In this document: positions 17,154 through 30,299 of the stretch, piece after piece
Position numbering within the stretch: position 1 is the stretch's first letter
Layout of the letters: every line of letters starts with the position of its first letter
Made by a program: the position numbers and the translations under genes
Notes under the pieces: generated by a model
Databases searched by the model: none
Told to the model about the DNA's origin: nothing
The model's input: the letters and a program-made list of their open reading frames with translations, nothing else
NCBI RefSeq assembly: GCF_009914755.1
Contig: NC_060929.1
Reading direction: 5' to 3' (one strand)
DNA length: 64,000 nucleotides
Source of the DNA: the human T2T-CHM13v2.0 reference genome, Homo sapiens

Positions 17154-19401
17154 AGAAAATGTTCCCTCTAAAAAAATCAGATTTCAGCAACTTCAATTAA
17201 AAAAAAAAAAAGAAAGTGTTTCCTCTTCTCCAATCTGTTGGAAAAGTTTTAGAAGAATTGTTAATAGTTCTTCTTAAATGTTTGGTAAAATTCACCAGTG
17301 AAGCCATCAGCTCCAGGACTTTATTACAAGATTTTTGTTACTGATTCAATCTTTTCACAAGTTATAGATCTATTGAGATTTTCTATTTCTCCATGACTTA
17401 GTCTTGGTAGCTTTTGTGTTTCTAGGAATGTGTCTATTTTATATCAGTTATCCAGCTTGTGACATCCAATTATTCACAGTACTCTCCTATAATCTTTTTT
17501 ATTTCTGTAGACTTAATAGTAATGTCCCCACTTTTATCTTTAATTTTACTAATTTGAGTCATCTCTCTTTTTTCCTTAGCCCATCTAGGTAAAGTTTTGT
17601 CAATTTTGTTGATATTTTCATAAAACTTTTGGTTTCATTGATTTCCTCTATTGCTTTTATATTCTCAATTTTACTTACCTCTAATCAAATCTTTATTATT
17701 TCCTTCTTTCTGCTAGCTTTGGGTTTACTTTGTTCTTCTTCTTTATTTTGTAGTTCATCAAATTATAAAATTTAGTTTTTGATTTGAGCCCTTTCCTGTT
17801 TTTTGACGTAAGCATTTATAGGTATAAATTTCCCCCTTTGAACTGCTTTCACTGAATTCCATAAGTTTTGGTGTGTTTTGTTTTGGTTTTAGTGTATCTA
17901 ACAATATTTTCTAATTTTCTTTGTCATTTCTTCTTTGATCCATGGGTTAAGAGGGTGTTGCTTATTTCACAAATTTGGGAATTCTCCAGTTTTACTTCTG
18001 TTGCTAACTTCATCCTACAGTGTTTAGACAGCATACTTTTTATATCTCTTTTTAAATCTGTTGAAACTTCATTTCTAGCCTAACATGTGGTTTATACTGG
18101 GAAGTGCCCCATGTGCAATTGAGAAAAATGTGTATGCTGTTGTTGTTGCTAGAATGTTTCATGTGTCTGTTAAATCTAATTGGTTTATTATGTTGCTTAA
18201 GTCTTATATTTCCTTATCTACCTTCCATCTGGTTATTCTATCCATTACTGAGAATGGGTATTGAAGTCTCCCACTATTATTGTAGAACTGTTGGTTTCTC
18301 CCTTTAGTTTTATCAGTTTTTGCTTTATATCTTTTGTTAGTCTGTTATTGTGTATACAGATGTTTATAACTCATATCTTCTTGCTGTGTTGAGCCTTTTA
18401 TTAATATATGATGTCTTTCTTTTTCTTTTGTAAATGTTTTGACTTAAAGTCTGTTTCATCTGATGTCAGTACAGCCACCTCTGCTCTCTTCTGGTTACTT
18501 TTTGCATGGAGTAACTTTTTGTATCCCTTCACTTTCAACCTATTTATATCTTTAAATCCAAAGTGAGTCTTTTATTTATAGAATACAGTTGGATCATGTG
18601 TTTTTATCCATTCTGCTTATCTCTGACTTTTAGTTGGAGAGTTTATTCCATTTACATTTAAAATAATTAGTGATAAGAAGGAAATTCTATAATATTGCTA
18701 TTTGTGTTCAATATGCCTTATATCTTTTTTGTACTTCATTTCCTGAAATACTACTGTCTTCCTTTGTGTTCAGTTGATTTTTTGCTGTAAAGTGTTTATA
18801 TTTCTTTCTTATTTCCTTTCATATATATTCTCTAAGCTGTTTTCTTTGTGGCTCCAATGGATATTACATTTAGCATCCTGAAGTTATAACTCTGATTTGG
18901 ATTTATACCAGTTTAACTTCAATAACATACAAACTCTGCTACTTTACTACTTCTTCTCCACCCTTTTCAGTTGTTATTTTCATTAAATTTTATACTGATA
19001 CATGTGCACCCCAAAATAAAAACTAATACTTCTTTTAAATGCATTATTCTCTTTATTTACATAGAAAAAAATATGGAGTTAGAAACCAAAGTTACAATAA
19101 TTCTAAATTTTAGACTAATTTTTTTAGTGTATTAGTTTTTAAGTCATATGGAAAACAAATAAAAATGTAGTTACAGATCATTATATTAATAAGTGTGTGG
19201 AATCTCAAACTGGAACAAAAGTTGGGGGCATGCTAACAAGAAATGCCATGACAAGTAATAGGAAGAAAAGAGTATTGAGGGAAAGAACTTTTTTTTTTTT
19301 TTTTTTTTGCCTTTCTTGAATTTGGTTTTTATTGTGGGTGGGTAAAACAAAACAAAACAAAAAAAAGGATGACAAATTTTACCATTATCTGCCTAAGCAT
19401 T

Positions 19402-20432
19402 TGTATTATTCAGGGTTCTCCAGAGGAACAAAACCAATAGGATATATACACAGAAAGACACACACACATATACACACACACATGCATAAACATGTGCATA
19501 CCTATATGAGATTTATGATGGAAATTAGCTTACACATGATTATGAAGGTCAAGAATTCCCACTGTCTGCCATTTGCAAGCTGGCGAACCAGGAAAGAAGG
19601 TAGTACAATTCAGTCTGGGTCTGAAGGGCCAGATGAACTGATGGTATAACCCTCAGTGTAAATCTAAAGACCCAAGAACCAGGAGTGCCAAGGCCTGTGG
19701 ACAGGAGAAGACAGATGTCCCCGCTGAAGTAAAGAGATGAAATTTTGGTCCTGAGCAGGATGAATGGTGTCCCCTGCTTTGGGAGAGTGATCTTCTGTAC
19801 TCACTCTACTAATTCAAATGCTAATTTTTTCCAGAAACAACCTCACAGACACACTGGAAATAATGTTTTACCAGCTATCTGGGCATCCCACAGTCCAGTA
19901 AAGTCGGCCCATAAAATTAACGTTTTTCTCATTTGCCCTGAGCAGCGCTTGCTGCTGCAGCATTTACCCCGAGATAACTTTGCCATGAAATATCTCACTT
20001 TTATTATTATTTTCGCATTGCTCTAGCACATCCACTTTGGAAACAAAGGACATCATTCTATTTATAGAATTCTGTTTTTAGTAATGGTATTTCCATTTAC
20101 AAAATATAGTAATTCTCAATGGCTGAAAATATCAAATCCTGGAAAACATAGCATTCTAATGTGTGATGTTAAGACTGTTCTCGAACAGTGGTTGGCTGAA
20201 GATTCATTTGATAAATTTGATTGTTCTAAAATAGACAATTTTGATGATTCAGACAATTCTGATGTTAGTTCTGTTTAGAAATAACTCCAAGAACAGTTTT
20301 TATGTTTCACTTTCACCCTGAAAATTAGGCAGATTTGCTTCATCCTCAAAGAGCATGTTTATATAAAATTGAATGAGCGCTGGCAGCGAGCTGCACTTTT
20401 TTTTCTAAACAGGAAAAGGGTTAACCATTACA
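19402..20432 (-). mobile_element. MLT2 (ERVL) solo LTR split by MER75
   Basis: TGTATTATTCAGGGTTCTCCAGAG start; terminal AAATTAA|CCATTACA split at TTAA. Confidence 0.85.
19921..20420 (+). mobile_element. MER75 non-autonomous piggyBac element
   Basis: TTAA at 19917-19920 and 20421-20424; ends ...AAACAGGAAAAGGG; internal TTTACCCCGAGATAACTTTGCC. Confidence 0.9.
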
Positions 20433-22555
20433 CCATCTATATTCTGTGATAGACCCTACTCCCCACCCCTGTGGAGAATTGGGTGGCAATATGTTGAAGC
20501 TGGCAGTGCACTGAGAAAGCTTTGTGTCCAATTTCGCAGTTTTACTGAGGATAAAATGGGAGTTCTGATAGACAAAGAGTTACACAATTAGCCACAGCAG
20601 CACTAGGAGAGGAAACTGAGTCTCTTGACACTATATGAGAGGTGAAATACTCTTGCTTTTGTGGTTTATTAAGGCCTTCTGGAAACTTTCACCAATGAAG
20701 AAAATCTGTAAGACAAGGTGTGACAAGGTAGACTCAAAAGAAAAAGGCAGACCACTTACAAAAGAGGGTACTAGCAAAAGGGCCCAAAGTTCCAAAGTTC
20801 CTGCCATCCTAAGCTTACAAAGTATTTACTTGTAGAAGAGCATGGGGAAAGTGGGATAAACTGGTATAATCGAGACAAAAATGTCAAATAGCCCAAGACT
20901 AAGAGCTGGGCACTCTGGGATTTCGCCTCAGCCCTGTACCTTTTCTATCTAACATATTGTCCTTTGGTGATTTGATAACTGCAGCTTCCTTTATGGGTTG
21001 ATCTGATCTTGAGTGAGAACATTTGGTTTCAGTGATATAATTAGAACAAACCAAAAATGCCTGTCACTTACACAAATAATCTTAAACACAGAGTGAGGCA
21101 AGAGTTGCTGAAGTCCTATGAAAATGCAAAAAGGTCTCATTTTGTATGTTGTTTGGTTACTAACAAGTTCTGAAGTACTAGATACAATGTCTGAAGAGTC
21201 TGATAATATTAAAATACATTGTGTTGAGATGGGTTGGTACTTTCGATGTGAATCTTGTCACATTAATCTCTCAGGGAAAGTTATCGATAGCCACCACATC
21301 TATTTTTAACTGAATGCAAACTGTCGCAGAACTAAAACCAAATGCTGAACTGCATACTGACTATGTTCTAAACACTTAATATACAAGAGCTTGTAATACT
21401 GAAGCCCTTAATATTTACTTTTATTTCCTGTCTTCCTTCTGGCTATACTCCTTAATTTGTCTGTGTTGGATTTTTTTCTCAGATAATTCTCATTCCAATT
21501 ATTCATTATCTAGCTATTCTGAGAAGCTGATAGGGAAAAAGTGTTACTCAGGGAAGCAATAGGACTTTTTTACAGAAGCCATTAGGTCAGAGAATTTATT
21601 CGTTCAAGGTGGTTGTAGATATGAGTTGGTAGACACAAGTTCTTTAATAGGGAGAACAGAAAAAAGATCATTAAGGCATCTGTTAATACATTTTTAAAAT
21701 GGAGATACTAGCTCATTTGGGAAATTCTTGACATAGAAAAAGTATTTACATTAACGCTACCATCATTTCCAGAGTGTAAAATAATTTTGCAGTTTTAATT
21801 TAATGTCAGAAAGTGCTTGAATATTTTTCCTCATTGTTTTCCAGGCCTTAACAATTTCAAATTATCCTATTCTATTTGCTGGCTCTAAATCCAGAGCTTC
21901 TGACAAGAAATTTTACATTAGAAATTCTGTTGATATCTTTTTAAAAATAAAACATTTGTAGAATATAAAGACATTGAGAATATAAAGGGCTCAGAATAAA
22001 AGGGAAAATCATAATGAATTCCTAAAAATTAACTGCAAGAAGAAATATTTTTAGATGCTATTGTTTCTTAAAACGTACTTCAGCAGCACTTATTAAGTCT
22101 CTGGTTTTTACTTCAAACAACACTTTCCCCACATTCATTCGTTAATAGTTTATCTGTTTTTCAAGACCTGGATCAAAAGCAACCTTCTTTCCTAATTAGT
22201 TTCTTCCTTTTCCATGGTACATAGTTGATTTTGTTTCATGAATATCATTTTTTGTTGTTGTTGTTGTTTGTTTGTTTGTTTGTTTTTAATTCTACCTGAT
22301 AGAAAGTAAGTTCTGTGAGACCTCATCTGTTTTGTTCATTACTATGGTCTCAGGGCCTAGAACAGGTGCATAGAAAATAACTGTTTTTCCACTCACTGAC
22401 CTGTTCCATCAAACTAATTCAGGTAGGGACCTTGTTTAGAGTTGCCCCACAGACTGCTGAATCATTAAGGATCTGCTAAGCCAACCCACACAAATCTACA
22501 AACTTCAGTGGATGTATTCCAGGGGTTCTCAGTATGGCCTACTGCAGTAAGAGAA

Positions 22556-22990
22556 TGTGAAGGTTATTTTCATGTGTCAACTTGACTAGTCTATGGTGCC
22601 CAGGTGTTTGCTCAAACATCAGTCTAAATGTTGCTGGGAGGTTATTTTTTAGATGTGATTAACATTTTAATCAGTAGGCTCTGAATAAAGCAGATTACCC
22701 TCCATAATGTGGGTGGGCCTCATCCAACAGACTGAAGGCCTTTAGGGAAAAACACTGAGAAGGAAGAAGGAATTTTACCTCTAGACTGCCTTTGAAATCA
22801 ATACCTCTATATCCACTCTTCTCTGAGTCTTCAGCCTGCTGTCTACTCTGCAAAACTTGGACTTACCAACCCTCACAATCTTATAAGCCAATTCCTTAAA
22901 AGAAATCTCTCTCTCTCCCTCTACATATATATATTTACACACACACACACCCTATTATTTTTGTTTCTCTGGAGAACCAAGACTAACATA
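22556..22990 (+). mobile_element. MLT2 solo LTR (MLT2D-like)
   Basis: TGTGAAGGTTATTTTTCATGTGTCAACTTGAC...CTCTGGAGAACC. Confidence 0.85.
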
Positions 22991-23568
22991 GAAAGCAGGC
23001 AGAGTGGGAGATTGGCAGTGATGCTTTTATTCGTTCACTTGTTTTCCATGTATTGCAACCTAGAGCATCTTCTGCACACTCACATGAGTGGATTATGTGG
23101 AAATGATGGGGAGTGACCATAAAAACCTTTTTTGTCACACAAAGGTTCACCTTATGGCAAAAGCACATTTATTGAAATAGGAATCATACATAAAAATAAG
23201 ATCAAAAAGCAAAGTTTACAAATCTTCTGACCTCTTCAGTGAGGACAAATTAGCTGACAGTAGTATGTCATCTAGCAAATATTTTATAAAAGAGAGACAC
23301 ACAGCCTGTTGCTTCAAGGTAAAGGTAGTAATTTAATAGTGAGGGAGAAAATAACAGCTCAAGCATGCTACAGAAGCATCTAAAAGTAAATGTTTGAAAA
23401 TTATTTTTGTTACTGGAAGTAAAACATTACTTATAAAAACTGCATATTTATACACTTAAAAAGTTGGAAATAGACTGTTTACAATATAGTATCTTTGAAT
23501 TAGTTTGCAAGAACAACTGGCTATTTAATAGCTCAATTTCAAGGCAAGAAAAAACTTGAGCATAATTA

Positions 23569-23917
<349 letters not shown>

Positions 23918-23942
23918 TTTTCTTCTTCCAGGCCTAAGTACC

Positions 23943-26041
23943 TACTATAGACTGAATGTTTGTATCTTTCCAGAACTCCTACGTTGAAATTCTTATCCTC
24001 AATGTGATGGTATTAGGAGGTGGGGGCTTTGGGGGTTGATTAGGTCATGAGGGTGGAGCCCTCATAAAAGGGTACTTTTATTAGTGTCCCTATAAAAGTG
24101 ACCCCAAAGAACTCTCTCCACTTCTTCCTGCCTTGTGAGAACACAGTGAGAAGGAGGTTGTTTTTGAAACAGGAAGCAGGCCCTCACCAGGCATTGAAAA
24201 AGATTCAGTGCCTTGACCTTGGACTCCCCAGTCTCCAGAACTGAGAGAAATAAATATTTGTTTTTTAAGCTACTCAGTCTATGGTATTCTGTTAACACCC
24301 ACCTGCATAGACTAAAACAGATAATTGGTACCAAGAAGTGAGGGTGCTGCTATAACAAATATATATATATATATATATTTTTTTTTTTTGAGACAGTCTT
24401 GCTCTATTGCTCAGGCTGGAGTGCAGTGGTGTGAGCTTGGCTCACTACAACCTCCATATCCCACGTTCAAGCAATTCTCATGCTTCAGCCTCCCAAGTAG
24501 GTGGGAATACAGGCACATGCCACCACGCCTAACTAATTTTTTTATTTTTAGTAGAGACAGTGTTTCACCATGTTGGCCAGACTGGTCTCAAACTCCTGGC
24601 TTCAAGTAATCCACCCGCCTTGACCTCCCAAAGAGCTGGGTTTACAGGTATGAGCCACTGTGCCTGGCCTGCTATAACAAATACTTTAAAATGTGAAAGC
24701 AGGTTTGAAACTGGGTAACGAGCAGAGGTTGGAAGAGTTTTGGGGTGTATGCTAGAAAAAAGCCTAGATAGTCGTGAACAATATTTTAAAAGTGATTCTG
24801 GTGAGGATTCAGAATGAAAAGAGCTATAAAGAAAGCTTCTGTCTTCTTAGAAAATACTTAATTAATCATAAACTGAATGTTGGTAGAAAAACAATAAAGG
24901 CCATTCTGATGGGTCTCAGCTGGAAATGAGAAACCTATTATTGCACAATGGAGAAAAGTCAATCTTTGTTTTAAATTGGCAAATAACTTGGTTAACTTGT
25001 GTTTATGTTCTAGTGTTTTGTAGAAGGTAAAATTTGTGAGCGATGACATTGGCTATTTAGCTGAAGGGATTTCTAAGTAACGTGTTGAAGGTATGGCTTG
25101 GCTCCTCCAAATTGCTTAGTAAAACATGAGAAGAGAGGAATGACTTAAAGATGGAATTGTTAAGCAAAAAGGAAGCAAGACTTAAAGATCTAGAAAATTC
25201 CCAGCCTACTTATATTGCAAAAATGATAAAGTGTGTTTGGAAGACAACACTAAGGATGTGGCCAAATGACCACCTGATAAGATTAATGTGGATCGACCAT
25301 CTTAACAGAAGTCATGTGCTATTCTTCAAGACAATGGAAATATAACCCCAAGGGTATTTCAGAGATCATCAGGGGTGGCCATTTCCATCACAGGCCAAAG
25401 TACATGGGCCCAGGGGACATGCCTGTTTCCACCTAGGTTTCAAAGAATGGGGCCACCAAGAGCTGTGGGGTGCTGAGCCATGAGCACAGGACCCCAGGTC
25501 AGTGAAGCTGTGACATTCCAGCAGAGAGCTACTTCAGGGCCATTTCTCCAAACTGTGGGGATGATATTCTAGTAGGATAGGAAGGCAGGGCATCAAACCA
25601 AAGAGGATTATTCTCAAACTCTGAGGTTTAATGAAGTGTACCTTAAGTTTTGGATTTGTTTGAAACCTATTCCCCCTTGCTTCTTTCCTATTTCTCCATT
25701 TTAGAATAGATATGTCCATCCTATACCTGTCCAGTCAATATATTATGAAAGCATATAACATGTTTGATTTCACAGGCTCACAACTGAAGAGAAATTTTGC
25801 CTCAGGATAAATTATACCTCAAGTGCCACCCATATCAGATTTAGATGATATTTAGATGAGACTTTGGAGTTTAGACTTTAAGGTTGATGCTGTAATGAGT
25901 TAACACTTTTGAGGCTATTGAGATGGAATGAATGTATTTTGCATGTGAGAAGGACATAAATGTGGGGGGACCAGGAGTAGAATCCTATAAACTAGATGTG
26001 TGAGTACTCACCAAAATTCATATGTTGAACAGACTAAGATA
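23943..26041 (+). mobile_element. MaLR provirus (MSTD/MLT1A-like): 5' LTR 23943-24319, internal region, collapsed 3' LTR 25983-26041
   Basis: LTR end GACTAAAACA followed by GATAATTGGTACC (MaLR internal start); degenerate MaLR ORF; short 3' LTR remnant. Confidence 0.8.
24362..24669 (-). mobile_element. Alu inserted in the MaLR internal region
   Basis: TSD TGCTATAACAAATA at 24348-24361 and 24670-24683. Confidence 0.95.
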
Positions 26042-26143
26042 GCACTTTTTAATATAAGTTTTTTTTCTGCTATGACAGCCATTAAGATCAAATGTCAAAC
26101 CAAATCTAGTGCTGCTACATGACAATATATTGAACCAAGGTTA

Positions 26144-26470
<327 letters not shown>

Positions 26471-27599
26471 GGGAAAAAAGGAGCCTATTCCATTATATCG
26501 TCCTGTTTTAAATGTGATTAATAATAAGCTTTTAGTTATAGAAAAGATACTATAAATAATACACATTTAAAAGTCATTTACAATGTTTATTTCATTTTAA
26601 ATGATTCTCTTTTCTTTGCTATTTTGTGCATGTTTTACAATTTTGTGCTGTAGTAGTATAACAGAGCATTATAAACTTCACAAATAAGTATATACACAAT
26701 GGGACTGTAACTTCATAATGTTTTGTAGATAGGAATTTGGAGAGCTCCAGGTCGAATGAGGGCCAGCGGATATTCCACACAGTCCTCAGTTTGAGGGATA
26801 CTCACAAATCTGCTCACTGAAATGAGACCTCTTGCCCATTTTCACATGCTTTCGGGATTTATTTTAATGGATAAAGTACTCACTGCATAACGAAATGTAA
26901 ATATTACAGAGATTAGACTTAAGGGACAGTCAGATGATGGAGATTAAGTTAAAGGCTTAGTTGCTTCCACCATTAAAGCAATTATGAAGAGTGCTGAGAA
27001 AATAAAGACAACTAATAAAACTGCAAATTGCACATTCATGAGCGGTAGTAAATTATAGTGGCACCACATCCTCACAAGCAGTATCCTTTTATGACTCCAT
27101 TTATTACACTGAATCAGTGGTTTTATTTTCTTGAATGAATTCACAGTGCTAAGAGGGATTCTTTTAAAGAGAGAGTTCAGTAGTACGTACAGGTTAGGAA
27201 TCCACTTAGCTAATTTTAAAGGAAAATTTCTACACGAAAACCATAAAAATAAGTTTTTCTTCATCAGATTATGTCTAGTTCATAAAGGAATAATTGCCCA
27301 GGGAATAGAAAAAGCAGGGCAGGATTCTAAAGTATTAAACCTGGCTCGATGATGTGTCATTAAAATAAGGAAGTTCTTTTTTTAAAAAAAACACAAAACT
27401 GGAAACATAACAACACAAGAATTCCCCAATTGTAATATACAATGTTCTGCTTCAGAAGAGGTGCTCAGAGATAGTAGAAAAGAATGCTTATTTTCTGCCA
27501 CATGTATTTATAACAGATCCATAACTTTTTAGTTCATAATTGTGTTTGCATTTTAAAGAATGAACTCTAGCTCTAGCAAAATTTACACTTATAAAAATG

Positions 27600-27750
27600 T
27601 AGTATGGTGAAAAAATTTGGTATGGTGAACTTTGAAGCCAGAGCAATCTGGATTCAAATTCCAGCCTCGCCATTTACCTGCCATTTAATCTTGGGTAAGT
27701 TGTCTAACTTTTGTGAATCTATGTACCCTTATGTTAATAAAACTACTAAT
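27600..27750 (+). mobile_element. MIR fragment
   Basis: CTGGATTCAAATTCCAGC...TCTTGGGTAAGTT. Confidence 0.6.
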
Positions 27751-27778
27751 CTCATTGTTTTTTGTTTGTTCTTAAAGT

Positions 27779-27783
<5 letters not shown>

Positions 27784-27821
<38 letters not shown>
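27784..27821. repeat. (TA)n microsatellite
   Basis: Perfect TA run of ~19 units. Confidence 0.95.
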
Positions 27822-27825
<4 letters not shown>

Positions 27826-27969
27826 GACTCATAAAGTGGCCTTCTTATTTAACATTTTAACCCTTAAATATGGCCTAGCTTTGTGTGTTTTTTGTTTTTC
27901 TCCATGACACTTATCATTTGCTTACTTTGCTTATTTTCCATTTCTTCAATTGGATTTAATATAAAATCG

Positions 27970-28585
27970 TGCAGGCACTTTGGAAAACAGTTTGGCATGT
28001 CCACAAATAGTTAAACATAGAGTTATCTTATGACCGAGCAATATCACTCCTAGGTATATACACAAGAGAAGTCAAAATGTGTCCACACAAAAACATATGC
28101 ATGAATATTCATTGCAGCATTATTCATAATAGCAAAAAACAGGAAACAACACAAGTGCCCATCAGTTGATAAATGGATAAACAAAACATTACATATCCAT
28201 ACAATGGAATATTATTCAGCATAAAAAGGAATGATATAATAATACAAGGTACAATATGGATGAACCTTGAAAATGTCATGTTGACTGAAATAAGCCAGTC
28301 ACAAAAGACTACATATTACAATATTCTATTTACATGAAATGTCCAGAATAGGAAAATCCATAGTTCTCTAAGTAAATTACTGGTTGTTTAGGTCTGCGGA
28401 GGATGAGCAGTAGGGGAGTGATAGCTAAAAGGCACGGGGTTTCTTTTTGAGCTGATGAAATATTCTGAAATTGACTGTAGTGATGGTTACACACCTCGGT
28501 AAACACTAAACCCACTGAATTGTACACTTTAAGTGGGCAAACTATATGGTGTGTGAATTATATCTCAATAAAGCAATTAAAACTG
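27970..28585 (+). mobile_element. L1MB-type 3' end
   Basis: CACTTTGGAAAACAGTTTGGCA...TATATCTCAATAAAGC. Confidence 0.85.
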
Positions 28586-29005
28586 TATGGTTTCTTGCCA
28601 GTTTTTATTATAATGTGAAATAAGTTAAAATATATATTCTCTTTTCTGTAAGACTTTGGTTTTGGTTACTCCTGAAAAACATCTAATTAACTCTATAAAT
28701 TTCTTGATAGTCAAATGGGTCAGATAAGTTATCTCCACAAAATACTTGAAGTCACAAAAATATAAACAAATATATTTAACTAAATTAAATGATAATAATT
28801 GTTATCTTTTAAAAGGATTGTATCCTGTAAACTCCAAACACTACTGCAAAAAAAAGTTGACTTAATTATTACACTTTCTGAAAACTGTTAAATGCCATCT
28901 GTCTAAATTTTATTACCAATAGAAATCATCTTAATCTGTACTGTTACAACTTAAATATAATTCCTAAGATCCCTGAAACTTGGACTAATAGTAAATTATA
29001 CATAA

Positions 29006-29086
29006 ACTTTGGTTATCTAAAATCTTTGGTTATCTGGACACATTCTAAGATATTAAAATTTATAAAGCTAGAAATCACAAAAGTAG
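29006..29086 (+). other. degenerate miR-9-like hairpin remnant, or miR-9 site cluster on the minus strand
   Basis: TCTTTGGTTATCT at 29023 and ATAAAGCTAGA at 29062 match the 5' ends of miR-9-5p and miR-9-3p, 39 nt apart. Confidence 0.4.
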
Positions 29087-29509
29087 TACAAACAAGTAAT
29101 GTGTATTTTATCTTTGAAAAGCGCCAATCATGATAATACATTTGATATAGTACATTTATAGTCATGTAAATTAAATGATACAGCTAATATATCTGAAAAC
29201 TGAAATTTAAAGCTTTAAAAATTTTATCACACTTATTGGTGTATGTTTAAACATAGATATAGTGCTATATTAGAATTGTCAAACTAAGAACCTTATGAAT
29301 AATCAAAGAAAAACTAACAATTAGGTGGGAAATAGTCTTTGAGTATTCAATCAGCTCTTTTAAAAAAAGCAACAATGACAAACAATCATGTTTTCTTATT
29401 TGGTGGCTGTTTTGGAGAACAGACTTCCTTAACTCATAGGAAGAGAACTTCGTGAGAGGCTCCTAAATCTTTGTGGTTTTGTGTAGATTTCTTGATTCTT
29501 TTAATTAAT

Positions 29510-29640
29510 TTTTTTTTTTTTTAACAGAGGGATTTTCGCTGTGTTTCCCAAGTGGGCCTCGAACTCCTGGGCTCAAGTGATACCCCCCACCTCAGCCTCG
29601 TGACTAGCTGGGATTAAAGGTGTGCACCACTGCAACTGAC
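29510..29640 (-). mobile_element. Alu monomer (FLAM-like)
   Basis: Poly(T) plus left-monomer motifs. Confidence 0.8.
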
Positions 29641-30299
29641 TTTCAATTCCTTTCTGACCAAAATCTTTTATTTCTAAAAAGAAATCAAAGAAGTTAAAAT
29701 TCTATAAATGATTAGTTACTGCTGTGCTTAATTTAAATGTTATTTATGATTATTTTTATAGCTAAGATCATTGTTTCATCTTTAGACATCAATGACCTCT
29801 TTATATATTAATGCTATAAAATGTTTCTTTGATAATTATTTTTGATATTGCTTTTCCTAAATATAGGTTCCAAACACTTCATAATAAAAATTTTAAGATA
29901 TTATTTTGTCTTAACTATCTTTGGGGTTTCCCAGGAGTCTTCTGAGACACAAAAGATTTGTTCCAAACTTTATTAAATGAATAATGCTACAAATAAGAAT
30001 ATGTGTATGTTCTACAAAATTATGAGAGCCATCCTGCTATCAGTCTCACAGTATGGGGACAAACCCCTCTCAAATCAAAAGGAGAAACTTAATCCTCTCC
30101 AGGTTAATTGCATGCAGATGAAATGTTATTATTATAAATATATTCTTATATCTTCAGGATGCTTATAAATCACATATATTAATAGAGGATTCCATTTCTC
30201 CTTATTCCAATAATTCTGGCTAATATAACATATTAACTAGAGTTATTCAGTTTTGTCATCGATAGATGGTTTCTGATTTCTTTTACATTTGCTTAAAAG

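Noticed and set aside
23140-23180. Minus-strand AATAAA with GU-rich downstream sequence as a gene end
   Set aside because: Such hexamers are common in AT-rich DNA; no linked exon identified
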